From an uncultured Chloroflexia bacterium (GTDB taxonomy: Bacteria > Chloroflexota > Dormibacteria > Aeolococcales > Aeolococcaceae): a stretch of DNA of 64,000 nucleotides. The position numbers were made by a program, and so were the translations under genes. The first letter of the stretch is position 1; each line of letters begins with the position of its first letter. Positions 28,672 to 38,859 of this stretch are shown piece by piece. The notes beneath the pieces were generated by a model, which was given only the letters and a program-made list of their open reading frames with translations, had not been told where the DNA came from and made no database searches. The stretch covers positions 48,883-112,882 of the forward strand of contig CAWJCO010000006.1 in NCBI GenBank assembly GCA_963841385.1, in the 5' to 3' direction.

Positions 28672-29534
28672 CGACACCGACCGAGACCATGGAGGAGCGG
28701 ATTCGCCGGGCCGAGGTCCTGGTCGAGGCGCTCCCCTACATCCGCCGCTTCTCCGGGCACACCCTGGTGATCAAGCTGGGTGGCGCGGCGATGGGGGAGG
28801 ACGTCGACGCCTTCCTGCAGGACGTGGTGCTCCTCCGCTTCGTGGGGATGCGCCCGGTGCTGGTCCACGGCGGCGGTCCGGAGATCTCGCTCTGGCAGAA
28901 GCGACTGGGCCTCGAGCCTCGCTTCGTCAACGGGCTGAGGGTCACCGACGGACCCACCATGGAGGTGGTGAAGATGGTGCTCACCGGCAAGATCGGTCCC
29001 GAGCTGGTGGCTCGCATCCACAAGCTGGGGGGCCAGGCGGTGGGGATGAGCGGCGAGGACGGCCCCACCTTGATGGTCCGGCCCCGTGGCACCGAGGGCG
29101 GCCATGACCTCGGCTTCGTCGGTGAGGTCGACCAGGTCAACGCCGAGCCGGTCGAGGCGGTGCTCGACCAGGGCCGCATCCCGGTGATCGCCTCCATCGG
29201 GCTGGGCGTCGACGGCGACGCCTACAACGTCAACGCCGACACCGTGGCCGCCGAGCTGGCGGTCGCCCTCAGGGCGACCAAGATGGTCCTGCTCACCGAC
29301 GTCGAGGGGGTGCGCGGCGCGGACGGCGAGCTGGTCAGCGTGCTCGATGCCCCCACCGCCGACCGGCTCATCGAGAGCGGCGCCATCAGCGGGGGCATGA
29401 TCCCCAAGGTGCGTGCGGCGCTGCGCGCCCTCGACGCGGCCACCGCCTCGCACATCATCGACGGCCGCGTTCCCCACTCGCTGCTGCTCGAGCTGCTCAC
29501 CGAGAGGGGAGTCGGCACCATGGTCACGCGGTGA
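28668..29534 (+). CDS. argB: Acetylglutamate kinase
   Basis: IKLGGAAM, VHGGGPEI, GLRVTD, NVNADT, GGMIPKV, DGRVPH. Confidence 0.95.
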   Translation: MTTPTETMEERIRRAEVLVEALPYIRRFSGHTLVIKLGGAAMGEDVDAFLQDVVLLRFVGMRPVLVHGGGPEISLWQKRLGLEPRFVNGLRVTDGPTMEVVKMVLTGKIGPELVARIHKLGGQAVGMSGEDGPTLMVRPRGTEGGHDLGFVGEVDQVNAEPVEAVLDQGRIPVIASIGLGVDGDAYNVNADTVAAELAVALRATKMVLLTDVEGVRGADGELVSVLDAPTADRLIESGAISGGMIPKVRAALRALDAATASHIIDGRVPHSLLLELLTERGVGTMVTR

Positions 29535-29638
29535 GGCGTCGCGTCGCGCCGCCGACCGGCCCCGCGGTTGTCCGCGGTAACCCGGTGAGCCACTCGACCC
29601 CGCCGATCAGCTCCGCGCCGTCCGCGGTGACCAGATGA
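29531..29638 (+). other. Bridging mini-ORF (35 aa), argB to argD
   Basis: GTG 29531 overlaps the argB TGA; TGA 29636-29638 overlaps ATG 29635; begins VRRRV. Confidence 0.5.
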
Positions 29639-30855
29639 GTCGCCCGGTCCCGGGGATCAGTGCCGCTCTCTCGGCCATCGAAGAGCGCGCCGCGACGGTC
29701 CTGATGCCGGTCTACGCCCACCAGCCGGTGGCCATCCGGGCCGGGAGCGGCTGCACCGTCATCGACGTCGACGGGCGCGAGTATCTCGATATGGTGGCCG
29801 GCATCGCGGTCAACGTCCTGGGCCACGGCCATCCCGCCGTGCTCGGCACCATCGCCGAGCAGGCGGCCCGGGTCGTCCACCTCAGCAACCTCTACTTCTC
29901 CGAGCCCCAGCTGGACGCCGCCGAGCGGCTGGTGGCCACCGCCTTCCCGAGCCGGGCCTTCTTCTGCAACAGCGGGACGGAGGCGGTCGAGACGGCGATC
30001 AAGATCGCCCGCAAGTGGGGCAAGCTGAACCGGGACGGCGCGTCCACCATCGTCTGCGCCCGCGGCGCATTCCACGGCCGCACCATGGGAGCCCTCGCAG
30101 CGACCTCCAACCGCCACTACCGCGAGCCCTTCGAGCCGCTGCCGCGCGGCTTCGTCCACGTTCCGTACGACGATCTCGCCGCGGTGGAGGAGGTCGTCGA
30201 CGAGCGCACCGTGGCGGTGCTGATGGAGCCGATCGAGGGCCAGTCCGGGGTCGTACCCATGAGCGACGAGACCCTGCGCGGGCTGCGCGGCCTCTGCGAC
30301 CGGCACGACCTCCTGCTCATCCTCGACGAGATCCAGACCGGGATGGGCCGGACCGGGCGATGGTGGGCCCACCAGCACGCCGGGATCGTGCCCGACGTCA
30401 TGGCGGTGGCCAAGGGACTGGGGGGCGGGCTTCCGATCGGTGCCGTGCTGGCCGGCCCTCGCGCCGACATCCTGGAGCCCGGCGATCACGGCACCACCTT
30501 CGGGGGCGGTCCGCTGGTCACGGCGGTGGCTGCCGCCGTCCTCGACGCGATCGAGACCGAGGGGCTGGTCGCCAATGCGGCCCGGGTCGGTGAGCACCTC
30601 CAGCGCGGACTGGTCGAGCTCGGCCGGCGTGGCGCGCCGATCGCCCAGGTGCGCGGCCGCGGCCTGATGCTGGGGGTGGTCCTCACCCAGCCGGTCGCAC
30701 CCGCGGTGGTCGCCGCCGCCCTCGACCTGGGCCTGCTGATCAATGCGACCAGCCCGTCGGCACTCCGCCTGGTCCCCCCGCTCGTCCTCACCCCGGCGCA
30801 GGCGGACGCGGCGCTGGAGATGCTCGGCGCCGCCTTCGAGGTCGTCGGGCGATGA
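29635..30855 (+). CDS. argD: Acetylornithine aminotransferase
   Basis: GIAVNVLGHGHP, CNSGTEA, FHGRT, EPIEG, DEIQTG, AKGLGGG, HGTTFGG. Confidence 0.93.
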   Translation: MSRPVPGISAALSAIEERAATVLMPVYAHQPVAIRAGSGCTVIDVDGREYLDMVAGIAVNVLGHGHPAVLGTIAEQAARVVHLSNLYFSEPQLDAAERLVATAFPSRAFFCNSGTEAVETAIKIARKWGKLNRDGASTIVCARGAFHGRTMGALAATSNRHYREPFEPLPRGFVHVPYDDLAAVEEVVDERTVAVLMEPIEGQSGVVPMSDETLRGLRGLCDRHDLLLILDEIQTGMGRTGRWWAHQHAGIVPDVMAVAKGLGGGLPIGAVLAGPRADILEPGDHGTTFGGGPLVTAVAAAVLDAIETEGLVANAARVGEHLQRGLVELGRRGAPIAQVRGRGLMLGVVLTQPVAPAVVAAALDLGLLINATSPSALRLVPPLVLTPAQADAALEMLGAAFEVVGR

Positions 30856-31397
30856 ACATCGGCTCGGCTCTCGGTCCGGTTGCCAAGGCGGAGCGGCAGC
30901 AGGCCATCCTCGACCTGATCCGCGACCGCAAGGTCCGGACCCAGGAGGAGATCGTGGCGGCGCTCCGCCACCGCAGCCTCGACGTCACCCAGGCGACCGT
31001 CTCGCGCGACATCCGCGAGCTGGGCCTGGCCAGGATCCACGATCCCGACGGCCCGCGCTACGTCGCCGGCGGCGACCCCGACGAGCCGTCACCGGTGAGC
31101 ACCCGGCTCCGCGCGGTCATGCGCGAGCACGTCCGCTCCATGGAGTTCGTGGACCATATCGGGGTCGTCCACACCCGTCCCAGCAGCGCGCCGCTGGTGG
31201 CGGCGGTCATCGACTTCGCTCACTTCGAGGAGGTCGCCGGCACCGTCGCGGGCGACGACACCGTCCTGGTGGTGGTCCGCTCGCGACCCGGCGCACGCCG
31301 GCTGGCCGAACGGCTCCGCGCGGCCGCCGGCGGAGGGCCTGCGGCAGCCCGCGCCCACGATGCCAACCAGATGAGCGGTCACGGAGGAGTCCGGTGA
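30852..31397 (+). CDS. argR: Arginine repressor
   Basis: RQQAILDLI, TQEE, TQATVSRDIRELG, GTVAGDDT. Confidence 0.93.
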   Translation: MNIGSALGPVAKAERQQAILDLIRDRKVRTQEEIVAALRHRSLDVTQATVSRDIRELGLARIHDPDGPRYVAGGDPDEPSPVSTRLRAVMREHVRSMEFVDHIGVVHTRPSSAPLVAAVIDFAHFEEVAGTVAGDDTVLVVVRSRPGARRLAERLRAAAGGGPAAARAHDANQMSGHGGVR

Positions 31398-31428
31398 GCA
31401 AGTCCATGAGCGGTCGCGGAGGATTCCG

Positions 31429-31440
<12 letters not shown>
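31371..31440 (+). repeat. 35-bp tandem duplication of the argR/argG junction, creating mini-ORF 31394-31432
   Basis: ATGAGCGGTCACGGAGGAGTCCGGTGAGCAAGTCC followed by ATGAGCGGTCGCGGAGGATTCCGGTGAGCAAACCC. Confidence 0.85.
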
Positions 31441-32678
<1,238 letters not shown>

Positions 32679-32679
<1 letters not shown>

Positions 32680-32702
32680 TGGCCCGCGGCAGGCAGCGCT
32701 GA
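32679..32702 (+). other. Bridging mini-ORF MARGRQR, argG to argH
   Basis: TGATG overlaps at both ends; the motif GCGC..TGATGGC is duplicated at 23-nt spacing. Confidence 0.55.
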
Positions 32703-34174
32703 TGGCAGAGGGCAAGCGGCGCGCCCCCAAGCCGGTCCGGCAGGCCCCGGGTCCGGCCGGGCTCGCCCCCGCCAAGGTGTGGGAGGGGCGGCTGGGGGCC
32801 CGAACCGCCCGCGCCGTCGAGGAGTACACCACCAGCTACGCGGTCGACCGGCGGCTCTTCGCCGAGGACATCGAGGGGTCGCTGGCCCACGCCCGGATGC
32901 TCCGTGAGGTCGGTCTGATCAGCGAGGCCGACCACCGGGCCATCAGGTCTGGGCTGCGCACCGTCCGCGACGAGCTGGAGCGGGGCGACTTCTCCGCGGC
33001 ACCCGCTGACGAGGACATTCACACCGCGGTCGAGCGGCGCCTGCACGAGCTGATCGGACCGGTGGCCGGAAGGCTGCACACGGGGCGCAGCCGCAACGAC
33101 CAGGTGGCCACCGACGTGCGCCTCTGGTGCCGGCGCCGCACTGTTGAGCTGATGCTCGGCTGCGCGGGGCTGCAGGAGGCGCTCCTGGCGCGCGCCGGCG
33201 AGCACCGCCACACCCCCGTCCCCGGCTACACCCACACCCAGCGGGCCCAGGTGGTCTCCCTCGCCCATCACCTGCTCGCCTACGTCGAGATGCTCCAGCG
33301 CGACGTGGAGCGGCTCGGCGACGGGTACCGACGCTGCGATGTGCTGCCGCTGGGGAGTGGCGCCCTGGCCGGCACGACGCTGTCCATCGACCGGCGGATC
33401 ACCCAACGGGCCCTCGGCTTCGCCGCGATCAGCGCCAACAGCCTGGACGCCGTCTCCGACCGCGACTTCGCGGTCGAGCTGGTCTCCAGCTGCGCCCTGC
33501 TGATGGTCCACCTCTCCCGGTTCGCCGAGGAGATCGTGCTCTGGACCACGGCGGAGTTCGGATTCGCCGAGCTCCCCGACAGCCACGCCACCGGCTCGTC
33601 GCTGATGCCCCAGAAGAAGAACCCGGACGTCCTCGAGCTGGCCCGAGGCCGGTCCGGCCGGGTGACCGGCGACCTGGTCGCGTTGCTCACTGTCCTCAAG
33701 GGGCTGCCGCTCGCCTACAACCGTGACCTCCAGGAGGACAAGGAGCCACTCTTCGACGCCGTGGACACCACTCTCGCCAGCCTCGGGATCGTGACCAACG
33801 TGGTCGGGCGCCTGCGCTACGACGCCGCCGCGATGCGGCGCGCCGCCTCCGACCCGATGCTGCTCGCCACCGACGTCGCGGAGCACCTGGTGGCGCGGGG
33901 GATGCCCTTCCGCGAGGCCCACATCCTGGTCGGGGCCACGGTCCGCCGCTGCGTCGCCGAGGGCCGGACCCTCACGGACCTCAGCCTCGAGGAGTGGCGG
34001 GGGCTCTCCGGCCTCCTCGACGAGGAGGTGCTGACGCTCTTCGATGTCGATGCGGCGCTGCGCCGCCGCGAGTTGCCCGGCGGGCCGGGCCCGCGCTCGG
34101 TCGGCCGCGCCCTCACCCGGGCCACGGCGAGGGCGGCCCGCACCCGGAAGCTGGCGGAGACGCTCGCCGGTTGA
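32702..34174 (+). CDS. argH: Argininosuccinate lyase
   Basis: EDIH, HTGRSRNDQVATD, PGYTH, PLGSGALAG, TGSSLMPQKKNPD, YNRDLQEDK. Confidence 0.96.
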   Translation: MAEGKRRAPKPVRQAPGPAGLAPAKVWEGRLGARTARAVEEYTTSYAVDRRLFAEDIEGSLAHARMLREVGLISEADHRAIRSGLRTVRDELERGDFSAAPADEDIHTAVERRLHELIGPVAGRLHTGRSRNDQVATDVRLWCRRRTVELMLGCAGLQEALLARAGEHRHTPVPGYTHTQRAQVVSLAHHLLAYVEMLQRDVERLGDGYRRCDVLPLGSGALAGTTLSIDRRITQRALGFAAISANSLDAVSDRDFAVELVSSCALLMVHLSRFAEEIVLWTTAEFGFAELPDSHATGSSLMPQKKNPDVLELARGRSGRVTGDLVALLTVLKGLPLAYNRDLQEDKEPLFDAVDTTLASLGIVTNVVGRLRYDAAAMRRAASDPMLLATDVAEHLVARGMPFREAHILVGATVRRCVAEGRTLTDLSLEEWRGLSGLLDEEVLTLFDVDAALRRRELPGGPGPRSVGRALTRATARAARTRKLAETLAG

Positions 34175-34311
34175 GGTGCGGCGGATTCCGACCTGGTCCA
34201 CCCGTCTCACCCACGCGGACAGGGCGATCCTCACGCCCGCGCCACAGGGCTCGGCGGATGCCGGAAGCAAGCGCCCAGGACGAGCATAGGGACTACAAGG
34301 GTGTCCAACGG

Positions 34312-34335
34312 GTTGAGGACGTCGATGTCCTTAAC
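34312..34335. repeat. Extragenic palindrome, copy 1
   Basis: GTTGAGGAC-GTCGAT-GTCCTTAAC; same motif as 59414-59437. Confidence 0.6.
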
Positions 34336-34450
34336 TGCCCTGACGCACCGGGGGGCCGTCACTCTCGCGGCCCGCCACCCTCCCGGCCCGGGCGGCACTC
34401 CGCCCGACGTAAGACCGTCGCCTCCCTCCAGCCCCCGCTACTCTGGGGCG

Positions 34451-35227
34451 ATGACACTGCCGATCCTCATCGTCGGGGACGTCCAGGGGGACCACGAGCG
34501 CCTGGCTGGGGCCCTCGTCGCCTACCCGGAGGAGCGGTTCGAGACGATCTTCCTCGGTGACTTCTTCACCGGGGGACGGCCGGGGGACGCCGGAGGCCAC
34601 AGGGCGGCGAGGATGGCCATGAGCCGGCGCAACAGCCGGGCCATCCTCGGCAACCACGACCTGCTGGTGATGGCGCTGGTGGAGGAGGGGCGGTACGGCG
34701 GCGAGCGGCTGCGGGCGCGTGACGGCGAGCTGTTGGAGACCATCTGGCGGCGGCGTCGGGGCGACCCCGCCGACCTCGAGGGCCTCGGCGGCGATCCCGA
34801 GCTGGAGGCCTGGCTGCGCCACCTCCCGGTGATGCTCCTGCTCGATGACGGCACCGTGGTCCAGCACACCGACGACGACGACTACGCGGCCCTCGGCGGC
34901 AGCGTGGAGCAGGTCAACGCCGCCGCGGCGGCCTTGCTGGCTCAGGAACCCGGGGGCGTGGTCCGGGTGCTGCGCCACGTGATCGGCCGGCGAGCCTTCG
35001 ATGACCGGGCGCGGCTGGACGCCCACCTCCACCGCTTCGGCGCACGCCGGGTGATCCACGGTCACACCCCACACTGGAAGAGCGCCCCGGACGTGCGCTC
35101 GGGGGGTCGAGTGATCGGCTTCGACGGCAGGTTCTCCCGCCACTGGGGACGCAACCCCGGGGAGGACGCCGGTCCGGTGGGGGCCACCGTCGCGCTGCTC
35201 CCGCCGATGCCGGCCGCTCTCCTCTGA
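34451..35227 (+). CDS. Calcineurin-like metallophosphoesterase
   Basis: GDVQG, FLGD, GNHD, HGHT motifs; TACTCT 6 nt upstream of ATG 34451. Confidence 0.8.
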   Translation: MTLPILIVGDVQGDHERLAGALVAYPEERFETIFLGDFFTGGRPGDAGGHRAARMAMSRRNSRAILGNHDLLVMALVEEGRYGGERLRARDGELLETIWRRRRGDPADLEGLGGDPELEAWLRHLPVMLLLDDGTVVQHTDDDDYAALGGSVEQVNAAAAALLAQEPGGVVRVLRHVIGRRAFDDRARLDAHLHRFGARRVIHGHTPHWKSAPDVRSGGRVIGFDGRFSRHWGRNPGEDAGPVGATVALLPPMPAALL

Positions 35228-35315
35228 GCAGCTCGACCGACCCTCCGCGGGGCGCGGCCCTCTGATCCGCGAGCTGGGGCCGATGGCGAGGTCGTCGCAA
35301 GGCCGGGTCGCCGGC

Positions 35316-35592
35316 AGATACCTCGCCCAGGCGGCCGGTGCGCACGTCGTACACGAAGCCGCGAACTTGATCCCGGTGGGGCAGGAACGGGCTCGACGTG
35401 ATCCGTGCCATCGACTGACGCAGTTCGGCCTCGAGGTCGGTGAAGGCCTCGAAGGCGAACGGCGGCCGGACGCCCGTCTCCTGCTCGACGCGAGCCGCCA
35501 GCTCGTCATCGCGGAAGCTCAGCATGACGCAGTCGGTGTGGTGGATCAGCAGCACGGCGCGGGTCCCGAGAAGGCGCTGGGAGATGACCCCC
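35316..35592 (-). pseudogene. 5'-truncated beta-class carbonic anhydrase remnant
   Basis: ISQRLLGT..VLLIHHTDC.ML.F.DD...RQS..RI..SPF...VRGFVYDV.TGRL.EV; no start codon and no N-terminal C-x-D-x-R; abuts the ECH stop. Confidence 0.75.
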
Positions 35593-36411
35593 CTAGGTGA
35601 GATCCGCCGGCCCGGAGGACCAGCGCGGTGGCCGCTTCTCCACGAACGCGGCGATGCCCTCGGCGCGGTCGGGTGAGGTGGCCGCCTCGCGCCAGGCGGC
35701 GTCCTCGAGCTCGAGGGCGGCATCGAGGTCGCGGTCGGCGCCGAGGCGGAGGGCCCGCCGGGCGGCTTGCACCGCGGTCGGGGAGTTGGCGGCGATGGCC
35801 CGGGCCAGCTCCAGGGCCGCGGATCGGGCCTCGCCTCGGGGCACCAGACGGTCAGCCAGCCCCAGCCGCACCGCCTCCGGGCCGGTCACGTGCCGGGCGG
35901 TCAGGATCAGGTCGGCGGCCACGCCCGGCCCGGCGCGGCGGACCAGCAGCTGGGTCCCGCCGCCCCCGGGGACCAGACCGACGCTCGTCTCGGGGAGCGC
36001 CAGGTCGGCCGTCTCGTCGACCACGATCAGGTCGCAGGAGAGGGCCAGCTCGAATCCGCCGCCGAGTGCATGGCCGCTCACCGCGGCGACGGTCGGCACC
36101 GCGAGGGCGCGTACCGCCTCGAAGGTGGCGCGCATCAGCGGGCGCTGCGCCAGCAGGTCGGCGTCTGCGAAGCGAGCCCTCTCCTTGAGGTCGGCGCCAA
36201 CGCAGAAGGCGCGCTCGCTCGTCGAGGTGAGGACCGCAGCCCGGAGCGGCGCCGAATGGACCAGCCGTCCGAGCTCGGCGCAAGCTGCCACCAGCTCGGT
36301 CGCGAGCGCCGTCGAGATGGCGTTGAGAGCCGCCGGACGATCGAGCGCCAGCTCGGCCACCGGCCCGTGCTGGGTCAGCCTGATCAGGGGTTCGGAGCCC
36401 GACGCCGTCAT
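35593..36411 (-). CDS. Enoyl-CoA hydratase/isomerase family (candidate methylglutaconyl-CoA hydratase)
   Basis: AFCVGADLKE, ALGGGFELALSCD, LPETSVGLVPGGGGTQ; context in leucine catabolism cluster. Confidence 0.88.
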   Translation of the reverse strand: MTASGSEPLIRLTQHGPVAELALDRPAALNAISTALATELVAACAELGRLVHSAPLRAAVLTSTSERAFCVGADLKERARFADADLLAQRPLMRATFEAVRALAVPTVAAVSGHALGGGFELALSCDLIVVDETADLALPETSVGLVPGGGGTQLLVRRAGPGVAADLILTARHVTGPEAVRLGLADRLVPRGEARSAALELARAIAANSPTAVQAARRALRLGADRDLDAALELEDAAWREAATSPDRAEGIAAFVEKRPPRWSSGPADLT

Positions 36412-37124
36412 GGCCCTGGCCGGGCAGACGGTCCTGCCGGGAGCAGGGCGGCGAGGGCCAGCGAGCGCAGCAGGGTCCGTGTCTCGTCGCCGGCCAGACG
36501 GCGGCTGTGGGGCGTGGAGTTGAGCAGGCCGAAGATGGCATGGGCGGCGGCGATCGCCTCCTCGTGCCGCTCGAACCGTCCGGCGCGGATGACGGTCTCT
36601 GCCCACAGCTCCACGTAGGTGCTCTGCAGCCGGCGCACCCGGCGCTGGTCCTCGGCGCTGAGGGCGGGCATCTCGCGCGACTGGATGGTGATGAGCGCCG
36701 GGTTGTCCACCGCGAAGCCGGCATGGAAGTCGACCAGCGCCACCAGCGCGGCCTCCGGTCCGGCGGCGGCGGCGACCCGCTCCTCGGCGCTCGAGAGCAG
36801 CCGCTCGCTGACGTCGACCAGCAGCTCGCCGAGCAGTCCCTCCTTGCTCGCAAAGTGGCGGTAAACGCCGGGCCCGGAGATGCCCGCCGCTCCCCCGATG
36901 TCGGCCAGGGTCACCGAGCTGTAGCCGCGCTGGGCGAAGAGCCCGGCCGCGGCGGACAGCAGCCGCTCCCGGCGGCTGCGGGGTGACGCTCCGGAGCCCG
37001 TTCCTCGGGCCCTGGGCGCGCCGGTGGCCCTGGGTGCGCCGGTGGCCCCGGGCGCGCCGGCCTGGGGTCCATGGCGCTCCCCCCCCACGCCACCTGCCGC
37101 CCGGGCACTGATGTTAGCCGCCAT
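36408..37124 (-). CDS. TetR-family regulator (AccR/BkaR-like by context); start uncertain
   Basis: [44 protein letters not shown]; C-terminal [13 protein letters not shown]. Confidence 0.88.
   Translation of the reverse strand: MAANISARAAGGVGGERHGPQAGAPGATGAPRATGAPRARGTGSGASPRSRRERLLSAAAGLFAQRGYSSVTLADIGGAAGISGPGVYRHFASKEGLLGELLVDVSERLLSSAEERVAAAAGPEAALVALVDFHAGFAVDNPALITIQSREMPALSAEDQRRVRRLQSTYVELWAETVIRAGRFERHEEAIAAAHAIFGLLNSTPHSRRLAGDETRTLLRSLALAALLPAGPSARPGP
37008..37061. repeat. 18-bp tandem repeat x3 in TetR N-terminal region
   Basis: GGCCCTGGGCGCGCCGGT-like units at 37008, 37026, 37044. Confidence 0.75.
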
Positions 37125-37153
37125 TCACCGCGCATGTTACTCTGGATTAACAT
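37113..37153. promoter_or_regulatory. Putative TetR operators between divergent genes
   Basis: ATGTTAC-TCTGGA-TTAACAT (37134-37153) palindrome and weaker GTTAG-N6-TTCAC (37113-37128). Confidence 0.7.
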
Positions 37154-37182
37154 CGCGGCTGACCCGCGGGGGGTGGTGGACC

Positions 37183-38849
37183 GTGGCTGGCATGCGGACG
37201 GGTCGAGGGGGCGGCGGCGCCGAGGCTGAGCGCCTGCCCGCCGGTGCCGTCCCCGCGGGCCCGGCGCCGCGGCGAGCGGCGGCCGAGGGGCGCACCCTGG
37301 GCGAGCTGGCCGCCGAGCTCAGGGAGCGCCTGGCCCTGGTGCGCCAGGGTGGGGACGAGCGCTCGCGTCTCCGGCACCTGGAGCGGGGCAAGCTGCTGGT
37401 CCGGGAGCGGGTCGACCGGCTGCTGGACCCCGGCGCGTCCTTCCTGGAGCTGTCCCCGCTGGCCGCCTGGGAGCTGTACGGCGAGCCCGTGCCGGCCGCG
37501 GGACTGGTGACCGGGATCGGACGGGTCTCGGGGCGCTGCTGCATGGTCGTGGCCAACGACGCCACGGTGAAGGGCGGCACCTACTTCCCCATGACGGTCA
37601 AGAAACATCTCCGCGCCCAGGAGGTCGCCGCCGCCTTCCGCCTGCCGTGCTGCTACCTGGTCAACTCGGGGGGCGCCTACCTTCCCCTCCAGGACGAGGT
37701 CTTCCCGGACCGGGACCACTTCGGCCGCATCTTCTTCAACCAGGCGCGGATGTCGGCGGCCGGCATCCCCCAGCTGGCGGCGGTGATGGGCTCGAGCACG
37801 GCGGGGGGCGCCTACGTGCCCGCCATGAGCGACGAGACCGTCATCGTCCGCGAGCAGGGCACCATCTTCCTGGGCGGGCCGCCGCTGGTGCGCGCCGCCA
37901 CCGGTGAGGTGGTCAGCGCCGAGGAGCTGGGCGGGGGCGAGGTGCACGCGCGGCGCTCGGGGGTGGTGGACCACCTGGCCGAGGACGACGCCCACGCCCT
38001 GCGGATCCTGCGCTCGATGGTCGCCACGCTGGGACCGTCCGCGCCCACCCCCCCGGGCACGCCGAGCGGAGGGAGGATCGGGCCGAGCCCGAGGAGCCCG
38101 CCGAGAACCCGGCCGAGCTCTATGACGTCGTCCCCGCGGACGTGCGCCGCCCCTACGACGTGCGCCAGGTGATCCGCCGGCTGGTGGACGGGTCCCGGCT
38201 CCACGAGTTCAAGACGGTGTACGGGGAGACGCTGGTCTGCGGATTCGCCCGCATCGCCGGCTACCCCTGCGGCCTGGTCGCCAACAACGGCGTGCTCTTC
38301 AGCGAGTCCGCGCTCAAGGGGACCCACTTCGTGCAGCTCTGCAATCAGCGCGGCGTGCCGCTCGTGTTCCTCCAGAACATCAGCGGCTTCATGGTGGGGC
38401 GCGAGTACGAGCACCGGGGGATCGCCAAGGACGGCGCCAAGCTGGTCACGGCGGTGGCCTGCTCGCGGGTGGCGAAGCTCACCGTCATCATCGGCGGCTC
38501 CTTCGGGGCGGGCAACTACGGGATGTGCGGTCGCGCTTTCGATCCCCGGCTGCTGTTCATGTGGCCCAACGCGCGCATCTCCGTGATGGGTGGCGATCAG
38601 GCCGCCGAGGTGCTCTCGCTGGTGGGCGGCGAGCGGGGGGACGGTGACGGCGGGTCGGAGGCGGAGCGCAAGGCGAGGATCAGCGAGCGCTACGCCCGCC
38701 AGGGATCGGCCTACTACTCCACGTCCCGGCTGTGGGACGACGGCGTCATCGATCCGCTGGACACGCGCCGGGTGCTGGCCATGGGCCTGGCGCTGGCGGC
38801 CGCGTCTCCCGACCCGGAGCCGGCGCGCTACGGCGTGTTCCGGATGTAG
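37183..38849 (+). CDS. mccB: Methylcrotonyl-CoA carboxylase beta subunit, interrupted by a -1 frameshift near 38048-38054
   Basis: [43 protein letters not shown]; C-half ([36 protein letters not shown]) is in another frame. Confidence 0.85.
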
Positions 38850-38859
38850 GCGGCGCACC

